DNA of 64,000 nucleotides from positions 1,824,001-1,888,000 of the forward strand of contig OZ250173.1 in the NCBI GenBank assembly GCA_965238075.1, written 5' to 3'. This DNA comes from Candidatus Entotheonellaceae bacterium. GTDB lineage: Bacteria; Tectomicrobia; Entotheonellia; Entotheonellales; Entotheonellaceae. Positions 35,701 to 44,747 of the stretch are shown here, piece by piece. The notes below the pieces were generated by a model. That model was not told where the DNA came from. It did not search any database and saw only the letters and a list, made by a program, of their open reading frames with translations. A program made the translations under genes and the position numbers. How positions within the stretch are numbered: the first letter of the stretch is position 1; the number at the start of each line of letters is the position of its first letter.

Positions 35701-37092
35701 TTGAGCGAGAAGCTATTGGCCGAGAACGAAGCGGGCCATATAGACAGGCGTCGTAATGATGACGCGGAAATAATCTGGCTCAAGGTGCTGCAAATTGTTC
35801 GCGAGCATGTGGACGATACCAAATTCAGCACTTGGTTCAAGCCACTTTACCTGCTCTCGGGCTCAAGCGGCATGTTGCGTGTGGCAGCCCCCAATAAATT
35901 CGTTCGCGACTGGGTTCTTGAGCACTACCACGGTCTGCTCGTTGACTTGTTGCAGCAGATCACTGGTATTCCCTACCAGATTTTTATCGTTGTGGGCGAA
36001 CCAAAGGCCGAGCCTACCCCGCAACCAGAGCCGGCGGCCGAGGTGGTCATGCCACCCAGCGCCAGCAGCGGATACACACAATTCAATTCCCGCTTTACCT
36101 TTGAAACGTTTGTCGTCGGCTCAAGCAATCAGTTTACGCAAGCCGCTTGCCTTGCGGTGTCGCGGCATCCGGCGGGCACGTACAATCCCCTCTTCATATA
36201 CGGCGACGTTGGCTTGGGCAAAACCCACTTGCTGCACGCCATTGGCCACTACGTTCAACAGCACCACCCGCATTTAGTGACCTGCTACGTTTCATCCGAA
36301 AAATTCCTCAATGATCTCGTCGGTGCACTAAGCCATGACAAGATGGAGGATTTCCGTAATCGTTACCGCAGAAACGATGTGATCCTCGTTGATGACGTGC
36401 AGTTTCTCATCGGCAAGGAGCGCACCCAGGAAGAATTTTTTCACACCTTCAACGTGCTGTTCAACGCCAACAAGCAGATCGTGCTGACCAGCGACAAACT
36501 GCCGAAGGCCATGACGGGACTGGAAAAACGTCTGCAGTCACGCTTCGAGTGGGGTCTGGTAACCGATTTGCAGCCGCCGGACCTGGAGACCAAGATCGCC
36601 ATCCTCAAGAGGAAGGCGGAGTACCGACAGTTCGAGTTGCCCGATGACGTGGTGTTGTATATCGCCCGTCTGATTCGCAGCGATGCGCGCAGGCTCGAGG
36701 GCGCGCTCACCACGGTGGAAGCGTTCGCCTCCATAACCGGGCAGGAGATCACCCTCGGACTAGCCAAGAGCTTGCTCGGCGACTTGGCAGAGGGAGAAGA
36801 CAAACCGATCACGATCGCTGAAATCGAGCGCGTCGTCGCGGATCACTATCACATCAAGACTGCCTTACTACGCTCAAAAAGGCGCCACAAGGACATCGCG
36901 CACGCCCGACATGTTGCCATGTACCTGACACGTCAACTGACCGGCGCATCGCTACCGCACATCGGCAAGACGTATGGCGACCGCGATCACACCTCTGTCA
37001 TACACGCCTGTAATAAAATAAAAGGGATGCTAAAGGAAAACTGGAATTTTCAGGAGGAAGTCGAGCAACTCATTCGCGTGCTCCAGAGTTAG
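35701..37092 (+). CDS. dnaA: Chromosomal replication initiator DnaA
   Basis: FTFETFVVGSSN, YNPLFIYGDVGLGKTHL, DDVQF, TQEEFFHTFN, RLQSRFEWG, RDHTSVIHA; TTG start approximate. Confidence 0.96.
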   Translation: MSEKLLAENEAGHIDRRRNDDAEIIWLKVLQIVREHVDDTKFSTWFKPLYLLSGSSGMLRVAAPNKFVRDWVLEHYHGLLVDLLQQITGIPYQIFIVVGEPKAEPTPQPEPAAEVVMPPSASSGYTQFNSRFTFETFVVGSSNQFTQAACLAVSRHPAGTYNPLFIYGDVGLGKTHLLHAIGHYVQQHHPHLVTCYVSSEKFLNDLVGALSHDKMEDFRNRYRRNDVILVDDVQFLIGKERTQEEFFHTFNVLFNANKQIVLTSDKLPKAMTGLEKRLQSRFEWGLVTDLQPPDLETKIAILKRKAEYRQFELPDDVVLYIARLIRSDARRLEGALTTVEAFASITGQEITLGLAKSLLGDLAEGEDKPITIAEIERVVADHYHIKTALLRSKRRHKDIAHARHVAMYLTRQLTGASLPHIGKTYGDRDHTSVIHACNKIKGMLKENWNFQEEVEQLIRVLQS

Positions 37093-37117
37093 GGTAAGGG
37101 GGTCACGACAAGCAGAC

Positions 37118-37798
37118 ATGTTGAAATCACGAATCAGATTTACGGGCGTGGATTACGGTCTGCTGGTGTGCATGGACTGGGAGGTGCCCCTGTCACAGCT
37201 TCTGGTCGAGGTGGAGGAACACATCCAGAAATCGCCCGCCTTTTTTGCCGATGCAAAAGTATTTCTTGAGGTAGACACGCGGCCAGTTCTACAACACGAA
37301 ATGGAACAACTCGGTGTGGTGCTCGCGCGCTACGGGCTTACATTACAGGGCGTCGTTTCCGCTGCCAGTAGGGTCGAGGGCATCAGCCGGCCCCGGCCCG
37401 CGCCGGAACAACCCAAGGTGATTACGCCGATCATTAACGAAAAAGAGGCCACGGTGGTTGAACACCGCACCGTGCGTTCCGGCGAGAAGGTTGCCTCCGA
37501 AGGCCATCTTATCATCATGGGCGATGTCAACCCTGGGGCCGAGGTCATCGCCGAAAATAACATCATCGTTTGGGGTTCCCTCAAGGGTACGGCCTACGCC
37601 GGCGTGCCCAATCACGAGGACGCCGTGATTGCCGCGCTGCATCTCTCTCCCATTCAATTGCGAATCGCCGGATACATTGCCCGGTCGCCTGATGTGCGAC
37701 CGGTGACGACGGCGGTTCCCGAGTTGGCACGCATCGACCAGAACGAAATCGTGGTCGAATCCTGGGAGCGAGGCCGAGTCTCTCAAAAAGGGGGATAG
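37118..37798 (+). CDS. minC: Septum site-determining protein MinC
   Basis: TVRSG, GDVNPGAEVIA, WGSLKG.AYAG, QLRIA. Confidence 0.92.
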   Translation: MLKSRIRFTGVDYGLLVCMDWEVPLSQLLVEVEEHIQKSPAFFADAKVFLEVDTRPVLQHEMEQLGVVLARYGLTLQGVVSAASRVEGISRPRPAPEQPKVITPIINEKEATVVEHRTVRSGEKVASEGHLIIMGDVNPGAEVIAENNIIVWGSLKGTAYAGVPNHEDAVIAALHLSPIQLRIAGYIARSPDVRPVTTAVPELARIDQNEIVVESWERGRVSQKGG

Positions 37799-37801
37799 TC
37801 T

Positions 37802-38602
37802 GTGGCGGGACAAGTTATCACCATAACTTCCGGCAAGGGAGGGGTTGGCAAAACCACTCTGAGTGCCAACGTCAGCGCAGCGCTTGCCAAGCTCGGCAAA
37901 AAGACGATCGCGGTGGATACGGATGTGGGGCTGCGTAATCTGGACATCGTCATGGGCTTGGAAAATCGCATCGTCTTCGACCTGGTCGACGTGGTGGAGG
38001 GGCGTTGCGACCTTTCAAAGGCCTGTATCCGCGACAGGCGCATCCCCTCTCTACAGTTGCTACCGGCAGCCCAAACACGTGACAAGACTGCGGTGAGCCC
38101 AAATGCTATGCGCAAGGTTTGCGACGATCTGCGGTCGCTTTGCGACTACGTCATCATTGACTCGCCAGCGGGTATCGAAAACGGTTTCGAAACAGCCACT
38201 ATCGGTGCTGATAACGTCATCATCGTCGTGACGCCGCACGTCTCATCGGTCCGTGATGCCGACCGCGTCATTGGCTTGCTGGAGTCGCGCGACAAACACG
38301 ATATTCACCTCGTGATCAACCGTCTGCAGCCGGAAATGGTGCGCCGCGGCGACATGCTCGGCATCAACGACATAATAGAAATTCTGGCAGTCGACCTCTT
38401 GGGCATCGTTCCTGAGGACGAATACATCGTTGTGTCCAGCAACCGCGGTGAGCTGGCCACCCTGAACCCCGACGAGTCGCCAGCCGGTCAGGAGTATCAG
38501 AACATCGCACGGCGCATGCAGGGTGAGGAAGTGCCGTTTATGACGATCGACGACAAGGCGAATATGTTTCAACGGCTGTTTCGTATGTTCAAAAGCAAAT
38601 AA
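37802..38602 (+). CDS. minD: Septum site-determining ATPase MinD
   Basis: SGKGGVGKTT, DVGLRNLD, DSPAGIE, SSVRDADR, C-terminal amphipathic helix. Confidence 0.97.
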   Translation: MAGQVITITSGKGGVGKTTLSANVSAALAKLGKKTIAVDTDVGLRNLDIVMGLENRIVFDLVDVVEGRCDLSKACIRDRRIPSLQLLPAAQTRDKTAVSPNAMRKVCDDLRSLCDYVIIDSPAGIENGFETATIGADNVIIVVTPHVSSVRDADRVIGLLESRDKHDIHLVINRLQPEMVRRGDMLGINDIIEILAVDLLGIVPEDEYIVVSSNRGELATLNPDESPAGQEYQNIARRMQGEEVPFMTIDDKANMFQRLFRMFKSK

Positions 38603-38640
38603 CCCGCCACCCCGGATACCTCCTGCAAAGGGGCTCCCCC

Positions 38641-38988
38641 GTGAAGAAACTCATCAGCAAAATCTTTGGATTCGGCCTGTCGGAGGACGATGCTCCCCAC
38701 CCAAGCAGACAGGCAGCGCGAGAGCGTTTGAAATTGGCTTTGACATACGACCGCGCGAGCATCGGTTACAACGCCCTGGAACGACTGCGTGACGAAATCA
38801 TCCAGGTAATTGCCAAACACCTGGACCTCGACCAGGAAGACATTACCATCCAACTCGACCGCACCATGGATCAGGACAAGCTGATCGCCAGCATTCCACT
38901 GCGCATCAACACTCGATCACACGGTTCAAAATCACCCGTCACCATGAAGGCCATGCCGCGCCCTTCCACGCGGCGGCGCCGGCGTTAG
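38641..38988 (+). CDS. minE: Cell division topological specificity factor MinE
   Basis: ARERLKLALTYDR, EIIQVIAKH, LIASIP. Confidence 0.9.
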   Translation: MKKLISKIFGFGLSEDDAPHPSRQAARERLKLALTYDRASIGYNALERLRDEIIQVIAKHLDLDQEDITIQLDRTMDQDKLIASIPLRINTRSHGSKSPVTMKAMPRPSTRRRRR

Positions 38989-39020
38989 GGTCAACCCGCC
39001 AAAATAATTTTACCCGCCCA

Positions 39021-39063
39021 TTGACACATGCCAATTTGAGCAGTATGCTCATTTGTGCACTAT
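39021..39063 (+). promoter_or_regulatory. lexA promoter with overlapping candidate operator
   Basis: TTGACA(39021)-N17-TATGCT(39044); palindrome TGAGCA-GTA-TGCTCA at 39037-39051; direct repeat ATTTGAGCAGTAT/ATTTGTGCACTAT. Confidence 0.7.
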
Positions 39064-39151
39064 CTGCCTGATTGGCAGGTATGTCTCTGCAGCATACGGG
39101 GAAAAGGAACCTCCCCAATTCCTCATGGCAATGTCAACATCGGGGCGGATT

Positions 39152-39778
39152 ATGAGACCAAAGCTCACCGCGAGACAGCAGGAAATGCTCGATTACATCG
39201 AGCGCGAAACCAGTGCAACCGGTGTTCCCCCCAGCATCCGACAAATCGGCGCGGCATTGGGCATCAGTTCCACAAACGGCGTCCGACTGCATCTGCAAGC
39301 ACTCCAGAAGAAAGGCTACATCCGTCGTAGCCAACGCACCTCTAGAGGCATCGTCAGCCTCAACCGCCTTTCAAATGCGGCTTCTCCATCCTGTTCGACA
39401 ACCGTGGATATCCCCATTTTGGGACGGGTAGCAGCAGGCATGCCCGTCATGGCCGCCGAAAACCACGAGGGCTCCCTAACCCTCGATGCAAACCTGATCA
39501 AGAACCAGGAATCGTTCGCCCTGAGGGTGAACGGCGACAGTATGATCAACGCCGGAATTCTCGACGGCGACATTGTGGTGGTGCGTTTACAACAAGGTGC
39601 GGACAACGGCGACATTGTGGTTGCGCTCATGGGCGAAGAGGCCACCGTCAAGCGTTTTTATCGAGAGAAGGACACCATTCGCCTGCAGCCGGAAAATCCC
39701 GCCATGGCACCCATTTACAGCACCGACGTAGACATCTGCGGCAAGGTCATTGCCCTCATACGGCCCCACGTGTTCTAA
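39152..39778 (+). CDS. lexA: SOS repressor LexA
   Basis: LTARQ, PPSIRQI..STNGV HTH, VAAG cleavage site, GDSM Ser, ATVKR Lys. Confidence 0.96.
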   Translation: MRPKLTARQQEMLDYIERETSATGVPPSIRQIGAALGISSTNGVRLHLQALQKKGYIRRSQRTSRGIVSLNRLSNAASPSCSTTVDIPILGRVAAGMPVMAAENHEGSLTLDANLIKNQESFALRVNGDSMINAGILDGDIVVVRLQQGADNGDIVVALMGEEATVKRFYREKDTIRLQPENPAMAPIYSTDVDICGKVIALIRPHVF

Positions 39779-39793
39779 CGCGAGATGCGGATC

Positions 39794-41269
39794 ATGAGCA
39801 AGAAAAAGCGTGCATACAACTGTCAGGCGTGCGGTTGGCAAGCGGCCAGGTGGCTCGGACACTGCCCGGATTGCGGCGGTTGGGACACCTTTGTCGAAAC
39901 GCTGCAGATGTCGACCCCAGCGACGCGCCAGACGCAGCCAGGGACAACCCAGTCACCGCTGCCGCTAACGGAAATCGTCCACGACGACGCGGAGCGTTTG
40001 CTGACGGGCATTGGGGAATTCGACCGCGCGCTCGGCGGAGGTATCGTACGCGGATCTCTCGTGCTCATCGGCGGCGACCCGGGCATCGGCAAGTCGACCC
40101 TGCTTTTGCAAGCCGCCCGCGGTCTGAGCCGGGCTCACAAGGGCAACAGTTCCGCGGTCCTCTACGTCTCGGGCGAAGAATCGGCCAGCCAACTCCGCAT
40201 GCACGCCGAGCGGCTCGGCTTGCAGAATCAGAACATCCACATTCTGACCGAAACTTCCGTGACGCATATCTGCGCTCAGGCTGAAGCGCTGCGACCGGAC
40301 GTTCTGATTATCGACTCCATCCAGACCGTGTTCACGGAAAATTCGACCTCGGCACCAGGCAGCGTCAATCAAGTGCGCGAGAGCACCGCCCAACTGATGA
40401 ACCTCGCCAAGACACATGACCTGCCGATTTTAATCATCGGACACGTTACCAAAGAGGGCACCATTGCCGGCCCTCGGGTCATGGAGCACATGGTGGACAC
40501 CGTGCTCTACTTCGAGGGTGAACGGCACCACGTCTACCGCGTGTTGCGGGCGGTCAAGAACCGCTTCGGCCCGACGCACGAAATTGGCGTGTTCGAAATG
40601 CAATCAGCGGGCCTCATGGAAGTGGAAAGTCCGTCGGAACTCTTTCTGGCCGAACGGCCGTCACAAGCCAGCGGTTCGGTGGTGGTGGCGAGTCTGGAGG
40701 GCACCCGCCCGCTCCTCGTCGAGCTGCAGGCCCTGGGCAGTCCGAATGTCTTCGGCAACCCGCGGCGCGTTGCCAACGGCGTGGATTACCAGCGGCTCCT
40801 GCTCCTGCTGGCGGTTATGGAGAAGCGCCTGGGACTTCCCCTGCAAATAAACGATGTGTACGTCAATGTCGTTGGCGGCCTCAGCTTGAACGAGCCAGCC
40901 ATCGACCTCGGAGTCGTAGTAGCGGTTGCGTCGAGCTTGCAGGACGCGGTAATCGATGCCGATCTGGTCGTCCTGGGCGAGATTGGCTTAACAGGAGAAG
41001 TACGCGCCGTGGGGCATGTGGAAGCCCGCTTGCGGGAAGCGGCCAAACTCGGCTTTCGCCGCTGCCTGATTCCGCAGGCGAATGTTCAAGCCGCTTCGAT
41101 GGTGGCTGGAATTGAAAGCATCGGGATTCGGACGGTCTCGGAGGCACTGCAAATAGTACTGCCGCCGGAGCCATCTTTCAGCAGTCTGAAGGAACGCGAT
41201 AGACACGTGGTTGCTTCGGCACCATTTCGGAGAAGGGGAGGAAAAAAACATGACGAAACATACGCCTGA
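39794..41269 (+). CDS. radA: DNA repair protein RadA/Sms
   Basis: CQACG..CPDC zinc finger, [14 protein letters not shown], Lon-like C-terminus. Confidence 0.97.
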   Translation: MSKKKRAYNCQACGWQAARWLGHCPDCGGWDTFVETLQMSTPATRQTQPGTTQSPLPLTEIVHDDAERLLTGIGEFDRALGGGIVRGSLVLIGGDPGIGKSTLLLQAARGLSRAHKGNSSAVLYVSGEESASQLRMHAERLGLQNQNIHILTETSVTHICAQAEALRPDVLIIDSIQTVFTENSTSAPGSVNQVRESTAQLMNLAKTHDLPILIIGHVTKEGTIAGPRVMEHMVDTVLYFEGERHHVYRVLRAVKNRFGPTHEIGVFEMQSAGLMEVESPSELFLAERPSQASGSVVVASLEGTRPLLVELQALGSPNVFGNPRRVANGVDYQRLLLLLAVMEKRLGLPLQINDVYVNVVGGLSLNEPAIDLGVVVAVASSLQDAVIDADLVVLGEIGLTGEVRAVGHVEARLREAAKLGFRRCLIPQANVQAASMVAGIESIGIRTVSEALQIVLPPEPSFSSLKERDRHVVASAPFRRRGGKKHDETYA

Positions 41270-42368
41270 TCGGCAAAGCGAGAAACAACGTGTCCTGAGC
41301 CTGGCTTTCAGCCAGATCGAAAAACAGTTCGGCAAGGGTGCCATCATGCGCCTCGGCGAGAGCCAAGCCCTGGATATTCCGGTCATTCCCACCGGTTCCC
41401 TGGCCTTGGACATTGCCTTGGGGGTTGGCGGCCTGCCACGCGGCCGTATCATTGAGATCTACGGGCCCGAAGCCTCCGGCAAAACCACTCTGGCCCTGCA
41501 CGTCGTAGCGTCAGCACAGCGCAGCGGTGGCGAGGCGGCGTTCATCGACGCCGAACACGCCCTTGATCCCTCCTACGCGGGCAAAGTGGGTGTCAACACG
41601 GACAATTTACTCATCTCACAGCCCGACAGTGGTGAGCAGGCATTGGAGATTGCCGACGTCCTGGTCCGAAGTGGGGCTTTGGATGTCGTCGTTATCGACT
41701 CAGTGGCAGCCCTCGTGCCCCAAGCCGAGATCGACGGCGATATGGGCGAACCCCAGATGGGCCTGCAAGCGCGTCTGATGTCGCAGGCCATGCGCAAGCT
41801 CACCGGCATCATCCACAAAACGAAGACCTGCATGATCTTCGTCAACCAGATCCGCCAAAAGATTGGTGTTTTCTTTGGCAGCCCGGAGACGACGACCGGC
41901 GGCAATGCCCTGAAGTTCTATGCTTCCGTCCGTCTCGATATCCGCCGCATCGACTCGATCAAATCCGGCCAAGAAGTCCTCGGAAACCGTACTCGGGTCA
42001 AGATCGTCAAAAACAAGGTGGCCCCGCCCTTCCGGCAGGCCGAGTTTGACGTGCTGTACGGTACGGGAATTTGCGCGATCGGAGAATTACTTGACTTGGC
42101 GGTACAGCGTGACATGGTGCAGAAAAGCGGTTCCTGGTTCTCCTACGCCGGCGAGCGTATTGGCCAGGGGAGAGAGAACGCCAAGGGTTTCCTGGAGGAA
42201 CACGCCGATGTGGCCACGGCCATCGAAGCGCGGATACGTGCAGCCTACGACATTCCGCAGGTAGCCAGCGAAAAGCTTGCCGCTGCCGCCGAGGCCGCCA
42301 GCACCGGAGAGGATCTGTATGAGCCTGCTTCCGTGGAAGAGGACGGCGATCGACTGGAAATCAGTTGA
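41250..42368 (+). CDS. recA: Recombinase RecA
   Basis: [49 protein letters not shown]. Confidence 0.99.
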   Translation: MTKHTPDRQSEKQRVLSLAFSQIEKQFGKGAIMRLGESQALDIPVIPTGSLALDIALGVGGLPRGRIIEIYGPEASGKTTLALHVVASAQRSGGEAAFIDAEHALDPSYAGKVGVNTDNLLISQPDSGEQALEIADVLVRSGALDVVVIDSVAALVPQAEIDGDMGEPQMGLQARLMSQAMRKLTGIIHKTKTCMIFVNQIRQKIGVFFGSPETTTGGNALKFYASVRLDIRRIDSIKSGQEVLGNRTRVKIVKNKVAPPFRQAEFDVLYGTGICAIGELLDLAVQRDMVQKSGSWFSYAGERIGQGRENAKGFLEEHADVATAIEARIRAAYDIPQVASEKLAAAAEAASTGEDLYEPASVEEDGDRLEIS

Positions 42369-42423
42369 ATGCGCCCCAGGGCGCTGACGATAGGCAATCT
42401 CGATGGGAAGGAGCAGCGCGGTC

Positions 42424-42909
42424 ATGCGCGAAATGTTTGCCGGTGAATACGCATGCAAACTGGATGACAAGGGTCGCTTTTCCGTCCCGACGTCCCTCCG
42501 GGAGCCGTTCAGTCTTTCGGAAAGTAGCGATGCGAAGCGGGCAATGCTGGTCAAATCGCAACAGGAACGATGCCTTTGGCTTCTTCCCGTACCGCACTGG
42601 CGCGCGCTGCTTGAGTTCCAGCAGGAGCGGCTGAGCGAGCGTGAAAGCCGGCTCTTCATGCACCACGTGGTGTATGACGTGGTCGAGGTTGAAATGGACC
42701 GCGCCAATCGTCTTCTGGTACCCCGCAGGCTGCGAGAGCACATTGGCGCCAATGACAACGTCGTGCTCGTCGGTATGTACGATCACCTGGAGGTGTGGGG
42801 TAGTCAGGCTTGGTCTTCTCACCTCGCCGCCTTGGAAGAGGAACATGAAACGACCCTGAGCGACGTGCTCCGCATGCCCAGTTTCAAGCCAGCCCTTTCA
42901 GGCGCGTAA
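42424..42909 (+). CDS. MraZ-family (double SpoVT/AbrB) regulator, outside the dcw cluster
   Basis: MFAGEY..KLDDKGRFSVP..LRE; second repeat MDRANRLLVP..LRE..VVLVGMYDHLEVW. Confidence 0.85.
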   Translation: MREMFAGEYACKLDDKGRFSVPTSLREPFSLSESSDAKRAMLVKSQQERCLWLLPVPHWRALLEFQQERLSERESRLFMHHVVYDVVEVEMDRANRLLVPRRLREHIGANDNVVLVGMYDHLEVWGSQAWSSHLAALEEEHETTLSDVLRMPSFKPALSGA

Positions 42910-42971
42910 CCTGGCGGAGCGCGGCGATTTGCTCCAACGATTCCAGACCCCGGGACAAAAGAAAGGCTCGC

Positions 42972-44147
42972 ATGCTTGACTTGATGGAGGTGAATCAGCA
43001 AATCACCAAGATGGCTACTGAGAGGCATCTCGTTGCCGATGACATGGCCAAACGGCTCGCCTTGGCCGTGGAACGCCTGCATCTGGAATCCGCCCGCTGG
43101 CAGGAATTCGTTGACAAACTTGCGATGAGCAAGACCTCCTGGTTGGTTGCCACCATTCACGAGCCTCTCAACCGCACCTACGACCTGCCGCCGCGCCCCG
43201 AGACGGTCACCGTCGTGGCCGCTGACGGTTCGCAAATCATGCCGAGCCATCACGAGGTGATACCGGCTTTTCTGCTCAATATCGCCACGGTCGTCCTACA
43301 CTACGGCAACGGTGGAGGAGCAGCGTTTACCAGCACGCCAAGCCTGTTTTATCGTGACGAGGACCTGTACCTGGATTACGGCGGCGAGCGCGTGCAGGTA
43401 ACCGGTGACCTGCTGGGCATGCGCCGGACGCTGATGGAATTCGGCAGCCTTATCGAACAGGCGGTCGCCGCCCGCAAGGGTGGCGATGTTGTTTGTGCGC
43501 TTAGTGACGGCAGTCTGATTCTCTGGCAGCTCGAGGGGCGACCGCCGGATTACCAGGAATCCATGCTGACGGATTATCTGGCATGTCTTGATCAGGGCAA
43601 CCATCAAGACGTTCCGATCATTGGCTACATCAGTCGGCCACGCAGCCGCGACGTTGTGAACGCCTTGCGGGTTGGGCTTTGCCCCGAAGACGCCCCGAAC
43701 TACGATCGCTGCCCGTACGAACAGGATGAGCGACCGCCGTGTGCGCAGATCGAGGGGCTGACGGATCGCCGCCTTTTCGCCAATCTCCTGAAGGCGGGTG
43801 AGCGCTCCCAGGTCTTTGGCAGCACGTCCCGAATCCTCAGCAAGTACGGGGTGCACCGCATCGGCTTTTTCTATCTTCACGTGGGGTCGGAGATTGTGCG
43901 TATCGAGTTGCCGCAATGGGTCGGCGCAAACGCCGCGCTGCTTGATCTGGTCCATGCCGTCGCCTATGATCAGGCCCAGAAAGGCATGGGCTATCCGGTT
44001 GCCTTGGCTGAGGCCCATCAGCAAGCCGTGGTGCGGGGCGCCGAACGCGATCTATTTTACGACATGGTAACCGCCGTGTTCCGGCAACGTGGCGCACCCA
44101 TGGCCGTGTCACCCAAAAACCTTCGCAAACGCAGAATGACGGTGTAG
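42972..44147 (+). CDS. nurA: DNA double-strand break repair nuclease NurA
   Basis: VAADGSQ, LSDGSL, GYISRP, RIELPQW, GYPVALAEAHQQA. Confidence 0.9.
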   Translation: MLDLMEVNQQITKMATERHLVADDMAKRLALAVERLHLESARWQEFVDKLAMSKTSWLVATIHEPLNRTYDLPPRPETVTVVAADGSQIMPSHHEVIPAFLLNIATVVLHYGNGGGAAFTSTPSLFYRDEDLYLDYGGERVQVTGDLLGMRRTLMEFGSLIEQAVAARKGGDVVCALSDGSLILWQLEGRPPDYQESMLTDYLACLDQGNHQDVPIIGYISRPRSRDVVNALRVGLCPEDAPNYDRCPYEQDERPPCAQIEGLTDRRLFANLLKAGERSQVFGSTSRILSKYGVHRIGFFYLHVGSEIVRIELPQWVGANAALLDLVHAVAYDQAQKGMGYPVALAEAHQQAVVRGAERDLFYDMVTAVFRQRGAPMAVSPKNLRKRRMTV

Positions 44148-44149
44148 CC

Positions 44150-44725
44150 ATGCAAGACGGCGAAATTGGTGAGGTGATCGGCAGCAGCAATACCGAATTC
44201 ATTGCCGAAAGCGTTTTGCTGCATAATTCCCCGCCCTTTGGCACCTTCATCAAGGTGCAGTCGCGCGAGACGATCTACGCTGCCGTGTTCAACTCCTATA
44301 CCCACAGCCTGGAGCCCAACCGCCTGGCCATTGCCTACCACCGCTCGGAGCAGGAACTGCGCGACGAGCAGCCGCAGATTTTCGAGCTCCTGAAGACAAA
44401 ATTCGAGGCGGTCATCATCGGGTACGAGTCCGAAGGCACTGTCCGCTACCATCTACCGCCGCAACCGCCCCGCATCCACAGTTTCGTCTATCCGTGTCGC
44501 CCCTTGGAAGTTCGCCGCCTGACCTCGCAATTCCACTTCCTGCGTTCGCTGATGAGCGTCGAGAAAACCCCGCGCGACGAGCTGATCGCCGCCGCTATCC
44601 GCAGCGCCTACGCGGAACACAAGGGCGAGCGGTCGTTCCTGGTCAAGGTCGGCAAGGAATTGATCAAAATCATCGGCGACGATTACGAGTTGCTTTCCTC
44701 TATCTTACGCAGAATCCAGGATTGA
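44150..44725 (+). CDS. Stand-alone HAS-barrel protein associated with NurA/HerA
   Basis: IGEVI..S.TEFIAE, PPFGTFIK, LPPQPPRIH, DDYELL; between nurA and herA. Confidence 0.8.
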   Translation: MQDGEIGEVIGSSNTEFIAESVLLHNSPPFGTFIKVQSRETIYAAVFNSYTHSLEPNRLAIAYHRSEQELRDEQPQIFELLKTKFEAVIIGYESEGTVRYHLPPQPPRIHSFVYPCRPLEVRRLTSQFHFLRSLMSVEKTPRDELIAAAIRSAYAEHKGERSFLVKVGKELIKIIGDDYELLSSILRRIQD

Positions 44726-44747
44726 CCACTGGGTTAAAGGCCAACAA

